NCBI GenBank assembly: GCA_035193785.1
Contig: CP136572.1
Coordinates: 576,001 to 640,000 of the forward strand
DNA: 64,000 nt
Origin: Planktothrix sp. GU0601_MAG3
GTDB taxonomy: Bacteria; Cyanobacteriota; Cyanobacteriia; Cyanobacteriales; Microcoleaceae
Reading direction: 5' to 3'
The notes under the pieces were generated by a model, which saw only the letters and a list, made by a program, of their open reading frames with translations, searched no databases and was not told the DNA's origin. A program made the position numbers and the translations under genes. Positions 1 to 11,087 of the stretch are shown one piece after another (within the stretch, counting starts at the first letter, position 1; the number at the start of each line of letters is the position of its first letter).

Positions 1-569
1 AAAGCGGGAATTAATAAGTTTTCCCAAAAACTTTGACACCGTAATAATACCATTAGGGATACTAATTGTAATTGTTCAGTTTCCGCTTTTTCAACTAATT
101 GCTTTAAATTATTAGGAGAATGTGCAATATCAGCATCGGTAAATAAAATATATTGGGGGATATAATTTAACATAGAACTATATTTAACTCCCTGTTCCAT
201 CGCCCAAAGTTTACCCGTCCATCCCGTAGGTAAGGGTTGAGAGGTAATAATATTTAACCTGTCTGTTTGATTTAATAATTTAGCGGTTTCTTGGGCAATA
301 TTTGCTGTATTATCACTACTTTGATCATCAACTAAAATAATAGAAAATGCACCAGGATAGTTTTGATTTAGTAGCGATCGCAAACTGCTAGAAATTAACT
401 CCGCTTCATTTCTAGCCGGAATAATTACGGTAACTGAAGGATAATTTAATAAAGGTTTTTGAACCTCAGAAAGCCGTTGATCTCCTCGCCAAAACTGCCC
501 TCGAAACATTAATAATACAATCCATATTATTAACGATAATAGCGTTAAAATTAAAACTAAATTTTCCAT
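1..569 (-). CDS. hpnB: Glycosyltransferase family 2, HpnB-like (hopanoid-associated); runs off the window edge
   Basis: Manual translation from ATG at 569: MENLVLILTLLSLIIWIVLLMFRGQFWRGDQR...VIIPARNEA...DDQSSD...GWTGKLWAM...DADIAH; lies next to shc. Confidence 0.75.
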   Translation of the reverse strand, partial: MENLVLILTLLSLIIWIVLLMFRGQFWRGDQRLSEVQKPLLNYPSVTVIIPARNEAELISSSLRSLLNQNYPGAFSIILVDDQSSDNTANIAQETAKLLNQTDRLNIITSQPLPTGWTGKLWAMEQGVKYSSMLNYIPQYILFTDADIAHSPNNLKQLVEKAETEQLQLVSLMVLLRCQSFWENLLIPA

Positions 570-576
570 TTTATAA

Positions 577-852
577 TCAATAAATACTCGCGGTTTTTAA
601 CTGTATCGGTTGCTGGGATAGATGGGAATACAATACGTCAGGGTCTAAGTCAGCACCGCTATCCCAATAAACAGTTCCCCACTCGCTAGAAAGTTTAACT
701 TGATTAAAGTAATCAGGGTTTTTTAGAGGTTCAAATACCCCGGTAAACTGAACGAGTTTAGACACATCAATTACCCCTTCTACTCCATCTTCAAAACGAA
801 GTCTTAGCTGGTAATTTATTAATGGATGAACTTCAACAATATCTTTAAGCAT
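577..852 (-). CDS. DUF2442-family protein (putative antitoxin)
   Basis: LRLRFEDGVEGVID...GTVYWDSGADLDPDVLY pattern typical of DUF2442. Confidence 0.75.
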   Translation of the reverse strand: MLKDIVEVHPLINYQLRLRFEDGVEGVIDVSKLVQFTGVFEPLKNPDYFNQVKLSSEWGTVYWDSGADLDPDVLYSHLSQQPIQLKTASIY

Positions 853-1008
853 GATTTACTCCAGGGGTTCAATTTTATTCAAAATTAGCTTTAAAATTTA
901 TTATATAATAAATTTATGATTAATTCAATAAAAAACATGATAGGATGTCTATAATCAATTAAAGAAATGATATACTCAAAAATAGTATTAGGAGTTAAAC
1001 AGATAACA

Positions 1009-2958
1009 ATGGAAATAGAAAATCAAGTCTCTGTAACTCAATTAAAAGATGCGATCGCAGCCAGTCAAAACTTTCTATTCTCTCAACAAGATCCCGACGG
1101 TTATTGGTGGGCAGAATTAGAATCTAACGTAACAATTATATCAGAAATTATCCTTTTATACAAGATTTGGGGAACCGATCAAACTCGCCCTTTATCTAAG
1201 GCTGAAAACTACTTACGTTCCCAACAACGAGATCATGGAGGTTGGGAATTATTTTATGGAGATGGCGGGGAACTCAGTACCACCGTTGAAGCGTATATGG
1301 CATTAAAAATATTAGGGGTATCTGAAACAGATTCCGCCTTAATTAAAGCCAAAAAATTTATTTTAGAACGGGGTGGAATTACCAAAACTCGAATTTTTAC
1401 TAAGCTACATTTAGCCCTAATTGGGTGTTATGACTGGCGGGGTATTCCCTCAATTCCCCCTTGGATTATGTTATTACCCGAGGGTTCACCTTTTACCATT
1501 TATGAAATGTCTAGTTGGGCGAGAAGTAGTACCGTTCCTTTGTTAATTGTCTTTGATAAAAAACCTGTTTTTCGGTTTGATTCTAGTCTAAATTTAGATG
1601 AATTGTATGTAGAAGAACGACAAAATGCTATTTTTGAACTGTCTAAAAATAATGATTGGACAGATATATTTATTGGGTTAGATAATATTTTCAAATTTGC
1701 CGAATTATTGAATATTGTTCCCTTACGAGAACAGGGGTTAAAAGCCGCAGAAAAATGGATTTTAGAACGGCAAGAAATAACCGGAGATTGGGCAGGAATT
1801 ATCCCAGCCATGTTAAATTCTTTATTGGCGTTAAAATGCTTAAATTATTCGGTATCTGATCCGATTGTTCAACGGGGTTTAGAAGCTATAGATAATTTTG
1901 CCATAGAAACAGAAGAAAGTTATCGAATGCAAGCCTGTGTGTCTCCAGTTTGGGATACAGCTTGGGTAGTTCGAGCTTTAATAGAATCAGGAATTGCTCC
2001 TAATCATGGTGCTATTATAAAAAGTTCAGAATGGTTAATCCGGCAACAAATCTTAGATTATGGCGATTGGAATATTAAAAATAAACAGGGAAAACCTGGG
2101 GGATGGGCGTTTGAATTTGTGAATCGATTTTATCCTGATTTAGATGATTCTGCCGTGGTGGTTATGGCATTAAATCAAGCTAGAATTAATGATGAATCAT
2201 TGAAAATAGCAACGATGATTAGGGGGATTGACTGGATGATCTCAATGCAGTGTAAAGCCGGAGGTTGGGCAGCTTTTGATATAGATAATGATCAGGATTG
2301 GATTAATGCAGTTCCCTATGGGGATTTAAAAGCCATGATTGATCCAAATACGGCGGATGTGACGGCGAGAGTGATTGAAATGTTGGGAGAATTAGACCCT
2401 AATTCATCGGAATTTCAATTAAAAATTCAATCTTTGAAACCTTCAATTGAACGAGCGATTTCCTATTTAAAACAGGAACAGGAAACCGATGGCAGTTGGT
2501 TCGGGCGTTGGGGCGTAAATTATATTTATGGAACCAGTGGGGTATTATCTGCTTTAGGGCTAATTAATCCTATTTATAAAAGTTGGGGTCATGGTTGTCT
2601 TCAACCCTTGATGAAACGAGGCGCAAATTGGTTAGTTAGTTGTCAAAATATTGATGGGGGTTGGGGGGAAACTTGCCATAGTTATAATCACCCTAAATTG
2701 AAAGGAAAAGGAGTTAGTACCGCCTCACAAACGGCTTGGGCGTTAATTGGTTTGATGGCAACGGAATGTGAACAAATAGAGGTAATTCAAAGGGGAATTA
2801 ACTATTTAATTTCAACACAACTTTCCGACGGTCGCTGGGATGAATCGGAATTTACGGGAACGGGATTTCCGGGTCATTTTTATATCAAATATCATTACTA
2901 TCAACATTATTTTCCGTTGTTAGCATTGGGTCGTTATCAAAAGTTACAAGAACTTTAA
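1009..2958 (+). CDS. shc: Squalene-hopene cyclase
   Basis: DLDDSA (DXDD) motif, QW repeats (QxxDGxW), FYIKYHYY C-terminus; ORF track starts at 967, ATG 1009 is the likelier start. Confidence 0.95.
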   Translation: MEIENQVSVTQLKDAIAASQNFLFSQQDPDGYWWAELESNVTIISEIILLYKIWGTDQTRPLSKAENYLRSQQRDHGGWELFYGDGGELSTTVEAYMALKILGVSETDSALIKAKKFILERGGITKTRIFTKLHLALIGCYDWRGIPSIPPWIMLLPEGSPFTIYEMSSWARSSTVPLLIVFDKKPVFRFDSSLNLDELYVEERQNAIFELSKNNDWTDIFIGLDNIFKFAELLNIVPLREQGLKAAEKWILERQEITGDWAGIIPAMLNSLLALKCLNYSVSDPIVQRGLEAIDNFAIETEESYRMQACVSPVWDTAWVVRALIESGIAPNHGAIIKSSEWLIRQQILDYGDWNIKNKQGKPGGWAFEFVNRFYPDLDDSAVVVMALNQARINDESLKIATMIRGIDWMISMQCKAGGWAAFDIDNDQDWINAVPYGDLKAMIDPNTADVTARVIEMLGELDPNSSEFQLKIQSLKPSIERAISYLKQEQETDGSWFGRWGVNYIYGTSGVLSALGLINPIYKSWGHGCLQPLMKRGANWLVSCQNIDGGWGETCHSYNHPKLKGKGVSTASQTAWALIGLMATECEQIEVIQRGINYLISTQLSDGRWDESEFTGTGFPGHFYIKYHYYQHYFPLLALGRYQKLQEL

Positions 2959-3055
2959 CTCGATATGTAGCGGGTTATCTGTCAGCAAGGGATTGAAGGT
3001 TTATAATTTGGGGAATTAGGGCTAAAGCCCAACAACAAATTAATTTGAATTAAAC

Positions 3056-3505
3056 ATGGGTCATCGAGAAAAAGTTATTGTTTTATTGGGTGTAATTGCA
3101 TCAATTACATCTTTGGTAATTGGGATGGCAAGGACAGCTACGGTATCGGAAAAAACTATGGTAAAACCGGATTATCAGCGATTGGAGCATTTGTTATTAG
3201 CAAAACAATTCACAAAAGCTGAACTACAAACCTATAGAATTATGCTGTTAGTTTTAGGAAAAAATCCGAAATATTCTGCTCCAATTGAGTTAAAAAAACG
3301 GGATATTGCTAAACTTCCCTGTAAAGATTTAAGGAAAATAGAAAAAATTTGGCATCCTTATACCCAGGGAAGTATTCATTTTAGAAATAAAACTATCAGT
3401 TGGCAAAATGATCAACAAAATTTAAGTTCTGCGATTATTTCTCGCCTGGAGAGTTGTCAAATTGAAGCCCTCAAAAATTCTCAGATTAAGCCAAATTTTC
3501 TCTAA
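3056..3505 (+). CDS. GUN4-like domain protein with N-terminal hydrophobic segment
   Basis: YQRLEHLL...AELQTYRIML...LPCKDLRKIEKIW resembles the GUN4 core. Confidence 0.55.
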   Translation: MGHREKVIVLLGVIASITSLVIGMARTATVSEKTMVKPDYQRLEHLLLAKQFTKAELQTYRIMLLVLGKNPKYSAPIELKKRDIAKLPCKDLRKIEKIWHPYTQGSIHFRNKTISWQNDQQNLSSAIISRLESCQIEALKNSQIKPNFL

Positions 3506-3610
3506 TCATTCTATCATTTTTACTGGTAATTCTGTATTCAACAAAAACAGGGTTTTTGCTATTAAATAAGCTGCATAACTCTGAAAAACCTAATTTCTCC
3601 TGTGGGAAAA

Positions 3611-4043
3611 TTAAAGAGATAAAAATTGAGGTTTCTAAGATTTGTTCTAAGGTATAGGGACAAACTTCAGGAAAGATTTGTTCACCGAGTTTTGTTTCTC
3701 GAATAGCTAAGGCTAATCCTAATTCATAGGCATCGGGTAAAACTTGATTTGAATAGGACTTTAAACTGGGACTATCTTGTAATAAAAACTTAATTTGTAC
3801 CCGTTGTTCTCGAATTTTTCCTAACCAGATATTGGTTCGTTTATTAGGTTGAAATTGCCATTTTAATAAATGCTCTAAGAGAATCCCTAATCTGTTTCTA
3901 AGTTCTTGCCGTTCTTTCCTGCCCAAAGCTTCTATTTCCTCAATTAAATTTAGATTATCTAACTGTTGCCATTGTTTGGTTTTCAACAAATTAACTTGAT
4001 TTTGAATCCAACTATAAAAATCTGTTTCATATAAATCCGTCAT
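3611..4043 (-). CDS. DUF29-family protein
   Basis: MTDLYETDFYSW...LIEEIEALGR...HLLKWQFQP...CPYTLEQIL; removing one A at GAAAC (~3632) gives a typical end ILEPQFLSL*. Confidence 0.85.
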
Positions 4044-4053
4044 ATTTCCTCTT

Positions 4054-5344
4054 TTATTTTGATGAATTAATCCCTTTAAATCTTTCTTTTGCCGTGGTAA
4101 AAGCCTCTTTCATCACCGCTTGAATTTTTTGCGGATCGGGCTTTTTGCCTCCCATTAAATCCCCGAAATAAACACAAGCTCCTTCCCCTAATGCCCAGGT
4201 ATAAGCGGCGGCCCAAGAAGCGGCAATTACACTGCCAAAACCGGGGATAAATTTAATTAATTCTCGACCGATCATTTGGGCGAAAAACCCTCCAGCGATC
4301 GCACTAACTAAACCTCCAGCTTGAGATGGGTTTAAGGTTTTTCCATAGAGATTTCCTAATAACCCAACTAAGGAAACTTGTAACACCGTTAAGACGGGCA
4401 TGGTGGCAAAGGGAAGGGGAACCGCGGCAACGGTTGCTGCCATAATACTAAAGGCTAAAATATAGCGTCTTCCCACATCCCGATAGATATTTCCTAGTTG
4501 TTGATTCACCTCTCCACTTAATAATTCATGAATAGTTCTAGCTTCAGCTTCAGGAAGCAAATCAGCTAGGGTATCCCGTAGAGATTCCAGGCCATAAAAT
4601 ACGGGATTATAACCATCTTCTTCTAGGGTGAAATCAATTAAAACTGCTTGATCATATAACCCTTTAAAAGCTATTTTTAAAGCTGCAAAAGCCCGGTTAA
4701 TATCCTCGAAATCCGGGGGATAAATGGGATGATTTTCAGTTTGGGGCGGATAAATTTCATGGAGGCAAGTCACTGCTAATAGACAGGGAATATGGGGATA
4801 TTGTTGTCGTAAACTTTCGGCAATTGTTCGCAGGGTATCGGTGGCAAAATCATTGATTTTAACGGTTAAAATTAAAACCCTAGCTCCTTGACTTTCTTTC
4901 TGCAAATCGCCGATTAATTCTTCAATTATGATAGAAGTATCTTGGTTGATATCTCCTAAACCAACGGTATCTTTAAAAATGAGCAAAGGTAAATCATTAG
5001 ACGGATAAGCATAACGTTCTGTATTCTGGGTATGGGGACGAAATCCTTGACCAATAATTTCGGCGGAAACTCCCGCTAATCCCCGAACAATTGAACTTTT
5101 TCCCGCTTGGGGTTTGCCAATTAATAGGGCCTCCGTCGTGGGAAGTTTCTGCCCGAATTGTTTCCAAAATCTCAGCAATTTGTGTTTCACTGACATTAAA
5201 CCATTGGACAAAGGTTTGAGTGATTCGGTCAGTGGGGAATAGTCTTTTGAATTGTTGGGTTGTCCGACGCCAAACCCCTTTTATCCTGGGGAGATTAGCC
5301 GATGTCGGTTGGTTGGTTGGTGGGGTCTCCGGGGTTTCAGTCAT
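4054..5344 (-). CDS. YcjF/DUF697-associated GTPase; split by +1 at ~5146
   Basis: GKPQAGKS P-loop, DTVG, C-terminal AVPLPFA...KFIPGFGS; the two ORFs join on removing one A from GAAAC. Confidence 0.75.
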
Positions 5345-5463
5345 AGGTCGGATCTGATATTTTCCAAATAGAGCTAATCGGTTTAATATGAATAGTATGC
5401 TAATAGTAGCGTACTTGTTTGCAAGTAGTGTTAATGTTGAGGTAGCATAATTTAATTATACTC

Positions 5464-5982
5464 ATGGTAACAAAGAATATCAGAGCCGTTACTTACGTTC
5501 CACCGGACTATCACAAAAAGCTGCGTCAGTACATGAAACGGCACAACTTAACGGAAAGTGCTGCTTTAGTCCAGATGATTAAACAGTTCTTTGATGGGGA
5601 ACAACCTCCATTCAATCCTGAATTGAAAATTGAGGTCGAAGAAATTCTACAAGAGCAACTGAAACTGTTCAAAGAAGATATCGATCTTTTAAAAGATCAA
5701 ATGTCTTTAATGCAGCAGTTATTAGACAAAAAAACTTCGGTTGAAACCACCCGTAGATCCTCAAGTTCTGTTAATAATGTTAATAATAATCATCCCAGAA
5801 GTTTATTGAGGTTAACACCTAAAACAGAGGAAGAACTGACTCGCCGTTTAGGGGTAAATACGGGAAATGTAGCCAAAGAATTCTCTAAAGGTGCAGAACA
5901 TTTTAGCCATTGGAGTCAACAAAAAGATCCCAGTGGTATTGGTTGGCACAGGCGGGGCGATGGTTTGTACTATCCTGTCTAA
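5464..5982 (+). CDS. Hypothetical DNA-binding-like protein (RHH-like N-terminus, coiled coil, HTH-like C-terminus)
   Basis: 172-aa ORF; C-terminal ELTRRLGV...WSQQKDPSGIGW. Confidence 0.5.
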   Translation: MVTKNIRAVTYVPPDYHKKLRQYMKRHNLTESAALVQMIKQFFDGEQPPFNPELKIEVEEILQEQLKLFKEDIDLLKDQMSLMQQLLDKKTSVETTRRSSSSVNNVNNNHPRSLLRLTPKTEEELTRRLGVNTGNVAKEFSKGAEHFSHWSQQKDPSGIGWHRRGDGLYYPV

Positions 5983-6060
5983 ATGATTGACACCATAGTC
6001 GCATTTTTTTCTGATAACCCGCTACCACTAGAAATACTAAATTATGAGTTGTTTGAATGA

Positions 6061-6096
6061 TTAGGGTGTAGCCAAAATTTTGGTTTTGCACCCTGA
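6061..6096. terminator. Hairpin between convergent genes
   Basis: ttagggtgtagccaaaattttggttttgcaccctga imperfect inverted repeat. Confidence 0.4.
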
Positions 6097-6176
6097 TCAA
6101 CTAACCCTCGTAATTACCTTAAAAGATTGGTTTATGGTCAAAATCTTTTGCTTTTAAGTAACAACATAAGTGATGA

Positions 6177-6545
6177 TTAATCCTCTATTTCTACCCAAAC
6201 CGTAACCGCAGCGACAGCAATTAACATCTCATCATTTTTGTCTTTAAATTCTTCAATTGCCCTTCCCTGTACTACCATTCCCCCATTTTCAACGGTAAGA
6301 GTTTTCTGTCCAAACGGTAAAACTGCTAACACTTCTTCGGTTCTAACTTGTTCGGGATAGGGAACGGCCACTTGTACTTCTACAATCATTTGATTGGGAT
6401 GATTTAACCCGGCAACTTCCCAAATTCCGGGTAAAGCATTATGGGCGATCGCATTTCTAACCGCCCTAGCTGCGGCAATTGTGGGTTCCTGTCCATGTTG
6501 ATCAATACCCATCCCCATTTCAATCACAAATCGTTTTTTAGCCAT
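6177..6545 (-). CDS. Lin0512-family protein
   Basis: KRFVIEMGMGIDQHGQEPTIAAARAVRNAI signature. Confidence 0.85.
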   Translation of the reverse strand: MAKKRFVIEMGMGIDQHGQEPTIAAARAVRNAIAHNALPGIWEVAGLNHPNQMIVEVQVAVPYPEQVRTEEVLAVLPFGQKTLTVENGGMVVQGRAIEEFKDKNDEMLIAVAAVTVWVEIED

Positions 6546-6611
6546 GATTTTAACCTATGATTTTTGACTTTATTTGATTTTAGTTTAGTTGATGATCAAT
6601 TATTAAGATAG

Positions 6612-7449
6612 TTAGTGACTAATGGCTTGATTTGTATATTCAGAATCATCTCCCCCAGAGATGGTTTCTAAAGACTCAACCTCCACCTTCATTTGAGTCA
6701 TTTCTACATCTCCAAAAATCGTAGCAAAGGCAGTATCCGCCGCATCTCGTCCGGTTTCCAATTTTAATTAATCCATTGCGGGGAGCTAGACGAGTGGCAT
6801 CAAATAAATACCAGCGATCGCTTAAATATGCCTCAAAATAAGCATGAAAATCAGGCGGTTGCAGTTTATAAGCATAACCCGATGCAAACCTAGCCGGAAT
6901 ATTTAAAGCTCGACAAAAGGCAATTCCTAAATGGGCAAAATCTCGACAAACTCCGGCTCTTTCTGTCACCGTATCAAAGGCAGAAGTATGTTGATCGCTA
7001 CTTCCAGATAAATAGATGACGTTATCATAAATCCAATTACAAATCGCCGTAATTCGAGAATAATCTGGCAGTAAATAACCAAATTCCGATTGGGCTAATC
7101 GCATTAATCTATCCGATTGACAATAGCGACTTGGATAAATATATTGTAACATTTCTAAGGGAATTTGAGCAATAGGAACTTCATTAATTGTTGTGGGATT
7201 TGTTTCTTCATAAATCACATCAACAATAGCTTGATAAGATAGGCGGAATTTTCCCGAAGGTACATTAATCCTCAGATAACGATTACCTAAAACCGGATTA
7301 ACATATTCCTCAAAATAGAGATTTGGTTCTAATTGTAGATGTTCTTTTAATATCCTTTGATTGCGAGTTTTCGCCACATTGATATTAAAAATAAATGTAC
7401 TATAATCCCTGACTTCATAATCCAATTCACAACCTACTTTGAGTTTCAT
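6612..7449 (-). CDS. Transglutaminase-like family protein; +1 at ~6756
   Basis: PSRYCQSD, GVCRDFAH, DFHAYFE; corrected frame continues IGTGRDAADTAF to TAA at 6612. Confidence 0.85.
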
Positions 7450-7470
7450 ATTTCCCTCTATAATGGCGAT

Positions 7471-8319
7471 TTACCCCAGATTTTTAACTAACTTTAATTT
7501 ATATCTATATAATGCCACTGGATGACCACTGGCAGTAAAGAAATTTGGATCTCTAGGAGATAAATAAACCGCCGTAACTTGATCCGCAACAATTGCTTTA
7601 ACTTCAGATTTTGATCCTATATTCTCAAATTCTTCTTTGTAAGCTGTGGTTGTTTCTACTTCATTCAAATAGATTTGAGATGAACTTTCAAACAATTGTT
7701 GACTGATTTCTGTCGCAATAAATTGATCATCACTGGGAATTTCACTACTTCGACCCGTCACCGTTGAAGTTAATTCTACATTTCCAGGTAAAACCGTAAG
7801 TTGACGATTGGGATTAGTCGGATCAATCTTAACCGATAAAATCCCATTTTCTCCCAAAGCAGCCCTACCAATATTAAAGCTATTAAAAGCGCGATCGCCC
7901 ACTATCTTAAGGTAGATTTTACCATCTTTTTCTGACTCTAAACCCAGTTGAGGAAAAAACAAAGTTAGGGGAAAAATCTGTAACTTTGGTAAAGATTCAA
8001 CCATTTTAAATCTCACCTTAAACTTAATCGGTTGATTCAGAGGTTGAGAACTATTTTTAAACCCAGGAGTGGTAATTTGAGGAGCAAGAGGAGCGATTCT
8101 ATCAACTAATGTACTCGTAACATTCCATTCTCCCTCCATCCATTCGGGATAATATAAATCTCCCTTCACCGCCTGCACCATCGGTTTATGATTCCAGTTA
8201 GGAAAAGCTGATAAACGGTCTGCTAACTGTCCCGCTTGAGCTTCAGTTTCCCCCATCATTAAACCCACAATTAAACCAACAATCAAAATCAATCTTTTCA
8301 TTCTTTTTATTCTTTTCAT
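7471..8319 (-). CDS. Conserved cyanobacterial exported hypothetical protein
   Basis: Signal-peptide-like N-terminus; DLYYPEWMEGEW...DRAFN motifs. Confidence 0.6.
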   Translation of the reverse strand: MKRIKRMKRLILIVGLIVGLMMGETEAQAGQLADRLSAFPNWNHKPMVQAVKGDLYYPEWMEGEWNVTSTLVDRIAPLAPQITTPGFKNSSQPLNQPIKFKVRFKMVESLPKLQIFPLTLFFPQLGLESEKDGKIYLKIVGDRAFNSFNIGRAALGENGILSVKIDPTNPNRQLTVLPGNVELTSTVTGRSSEIPSDDQFIATEISQQLFESSSQIYLNEVETTTAYKEEFENIGSKSEVKAIVADQVTAVYLSPRDPNFFTASGHPVALYRYKLKLVKNLG

Positions 8320-8498
8320 TTTTTTTTAATAGGTAATGGAGATCACTTATTTAAGAGGATTTCATGGATTTTAATCTGTGTTAATCTGCGTCATCCTCTT
8401 AAATCCGTGATCAGGAATAGGGAAATATAATTTGCAGGGGCGAGAAAACCTCGCCCAAAACTATAGCAGTTTTCAAACATCCAAAATGATGCTCAATC

Positions 8499-8903
8499 CT
8501 ATAAACTTTCCAGAGGAATTGGTTGCCAAACTTCCCCATATTGTTCTTTTAAACCTTGCCAATTTTCCACCTGTCCAGGCTCATATTCTCCGGGTTTTCC
8601 CCATTGTAAAAAGGCACTTAACGCCACTTCATTTTGTTCATTGAGGAAGCGAATGGCGTAGGTAGTAAAATTGCCCCTTTTGGCTTCTCCGGTTTCAAAT
8701 TTCACCTGTTTAATATGATCCATATTCAGATGAAATTCAAAGCCCTCGGTGTGCATATTCGCATATTTTCCCTTGGGTAATTCCGCATAAAATAGCTTTT
8801 CAATCTTTCCCCGAGCTTCTAATACAGCCGAACTACTGGTTACAATTAACCGTAACGTTCCCAAACTTTCACAATCTTCTAAAAATGCCTTGAGATTACT
8901 CAT
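8499..8903 (-). CDS. ChuX/HutX-family heme utilisation protein
   Basis: LGTLRLIVTSSSAVLEARG...YANMHTEGFEFHL...IRFL. Confidence 0.75.
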   Translation of the reverse strand: MSNLKAFLEDCESLGTLRLIVTSSSAVLEARGKIEKLFYAELPKGKYANMHTEGFEFHLNMDHIKQVKFETGEAKRGNFTTYAIRFLNEQNEVALSAFLQWGKPGEYEPGQVENWQGLKEQYGEVWQPIPLESL

Positions 8904-8991
8904 AATTCAAGTTCCCAATTTAATTGGTTTTTAAGACTTAATTTTACTAGATTTTTGGGAACTTCCACCTAAATCTTTCTAAGATATATTT

Positions 8992-9952
8992 TTACTTAGG
9001 CTTTTCATGCTTTTCATAAGCCGCCACAATCCGTTGGACTAATGAATGGCGCACCACATCCGCTTGGGAAAATTCACAAAACGCAATTCCCTCAACATTT
9101 TTTAATATTTTTAACGCCATTGTTAACCCCGATGTTTGATTGGGTAATAAATCCGTTTGGGTAATATCTCCGGTGACTACCATCCGAGAACCAAACCCTA
9201 AGCGAGTTAATACCATTTTCATCTGACCTGGAGTAGTATTTTGGGCTTCATCTAAAATAACAAAGGAATTATTTAACGTCCGACCCCGCATATAAGCTAT
9301 AGGAGCGACTTCAATTACCCCGCGCTCCATTAAATTTGCCGTTTTTTCCGGGTCAATTAACTCATACAGGGCGTCATATAATGGCCGTAAATAGGGATTA
9401 ACTTTTTGTTGTAAATCCCCGGGTAAAAATCCTAATCTTTCCCCAGCTTCCACCGCCGGGCGAGTTAAAATTAACCGTTCATATTGATCAGATAATAGGG
9501 CTTGTAACGCTAAAATTGCGGCTAAATAGGTCTTTCCTGTTCCCGCCGGGCCAATACAAAATACTAAATCATTATTACGCATCGCCTGGATATATTGACG
9601 TTGACGAAAGGTTTTTGCCCGAATTTCTACCCCTCGCCGGGTTTTCGCTAAAACATCACGCTGAATATCTTTAAAAACATCCTCTTGATGAGTATTAATT
9701 GCATGACGCGCCGTCAGAATATCCACGGAACTAATCGGTTTTCCATCTTTCCATAACTCGTTCAAAGATGCAACTAATTTTTGACACAATTGAAACCTGA
9801 CTAGCGGTGCCACTGATTAGCAATTCCTGTCCTCGCATAACCAGTTCCGCGCCAGTTTGTTGAGATAGAACTTTAAGATTATCTTCTTGATAGCCAGAAA
9901 GCGCCATGGCACTTTCCATACTGGGTAACTGAAGGTTGAATCGCTCAGTCAT
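8992..9952 (-). CDS. phoH: PhoH-family ATPase; +1 at ~9793
   Basis: [44 protein letters not shown] 9731-9952 supplies the N-terminus. Confidence 0.92.
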
Positions 9953-10075
9953 TTGATATTACAAAATTGGTTTTTTTGGTACTGATTTTCAAGACTTAAA
10001 AGTTGGGTAAAAAGGTATAAATACAGCTAAAATATGATGACTTTTATTATAAAAACTGAAAACTAAATTACCACT

Positions 10076-10147
10076 CCCCATTACCCATTACCCATTACCC
10101 ATTACCCATTACCCATTACCCATTACCCATTCCCCATTACCCATTCC
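10076..10147. repeat. Heptamer tandem repeat (CCCATTA)n, STRR-type
   Basis: About 10 direct copies visible. Confidence 0.95.
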
Positions 10148-10283
10148 TAACAGAAGTGGTTGGGCAAAATTGTTAGGGTTGGTTAAACCCAATTCTGCCC
10201 AACAGGAAAAAACCACTCCAACGACTTAACCCGCCTTTAGCAATGGTTAGGGCTCCACTGCTAAGGACAAAATTAAGATCACT

Positions 10284-10734
10284 TCATTCTTCATATCTTC
10301 GGTTTAAACGAGGCTTAGAAGGGGCTGAACGGACTGGACGAGCCTGCTCCGAATATTGACCAGGGGGGCGCTGATTAAAGCTCTCCCTCGGTTCCCTTGG
10401 ACTAGAGGGCTCATCGGACTCACCATTGTTGTAGATATCCAAATAGACCGTTTCACCAGAGGATGTAGCCAAGGCCGTTAAAACCATCCGAATCGCTTGA
10501 ATATTGCGCCCTCCGCGGCCATAAACCCGTCCCTTATCTTCGGCTTCTAAAGCTAACCGAATCCAAGTTCTGCGCAGGCTAGGAAAACGTTCACAATCGA
10601 CCTTCAGGGATTCTGGAAATTCCAAAAACGGCTTGACTAGAAACCGCACCAGTTCGTCATAACTGGGACTAGACTGCGGGTTTCTGCGACGGTTGTTTCG
10701 GGTTGGACTCCAGACTTGAGTAGTTCAAAAACAT
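10284..10734 (-). CDS. khpA: KH-domain RNA-binding protein (KhpA/YlqC-like), start overlapping rpsP
   Basis: [19 protein letters not shown] motif; ATG at 10734 (MFLNYSS...) is in frame after removing one A at GAAAC ~10682. Confidence 0.75.
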
Positions 10735-10957
10735 TTTCTTTTCTCAGGATGTCACGCACAGTATCAGTCGGTTGTGCCCCTTGCTGTAGGCGACGGATAA
10801 TGCCAGCCTTATCCAATCGAACTTCGTCGGTTCTGGGATTGTAGAAGCCCAGTTCTTCTAGGGGACGACCATCTCGGCGAGACAAACTATTCATCGCCAC
10901 AATGCGGTAACTAGCTTCCCGCTTTTTTCCGAATCTCTTTAAACGCAGTTTGATCAT
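10669..10957 (-). CDS. rpsP: 30S ribosomal protein S16
   Basis: [12 protein letters not shown]...YRIVAM...[15 protein letters not shown]; corrected end ...VAEPAV*. Confidence 0.95.
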
Positions 10958-11087
10958 TAATTGATGCAAAACACTTCTCTATGGATTGTAAGCTATTTTT
11001 CAACAACCGAGCCATTTCTTTGGGATAAACTTTAGCCAACACTTGCTGTATGGGCGATTGACCCCTGAAAACGACTCAAACCATTAT

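Noticed and set aside
3486..3610. C-terminal extension of DUF29 overlapping the GUN4-like gene
   Set aside because: Disappears after the single-base GAAAC correction
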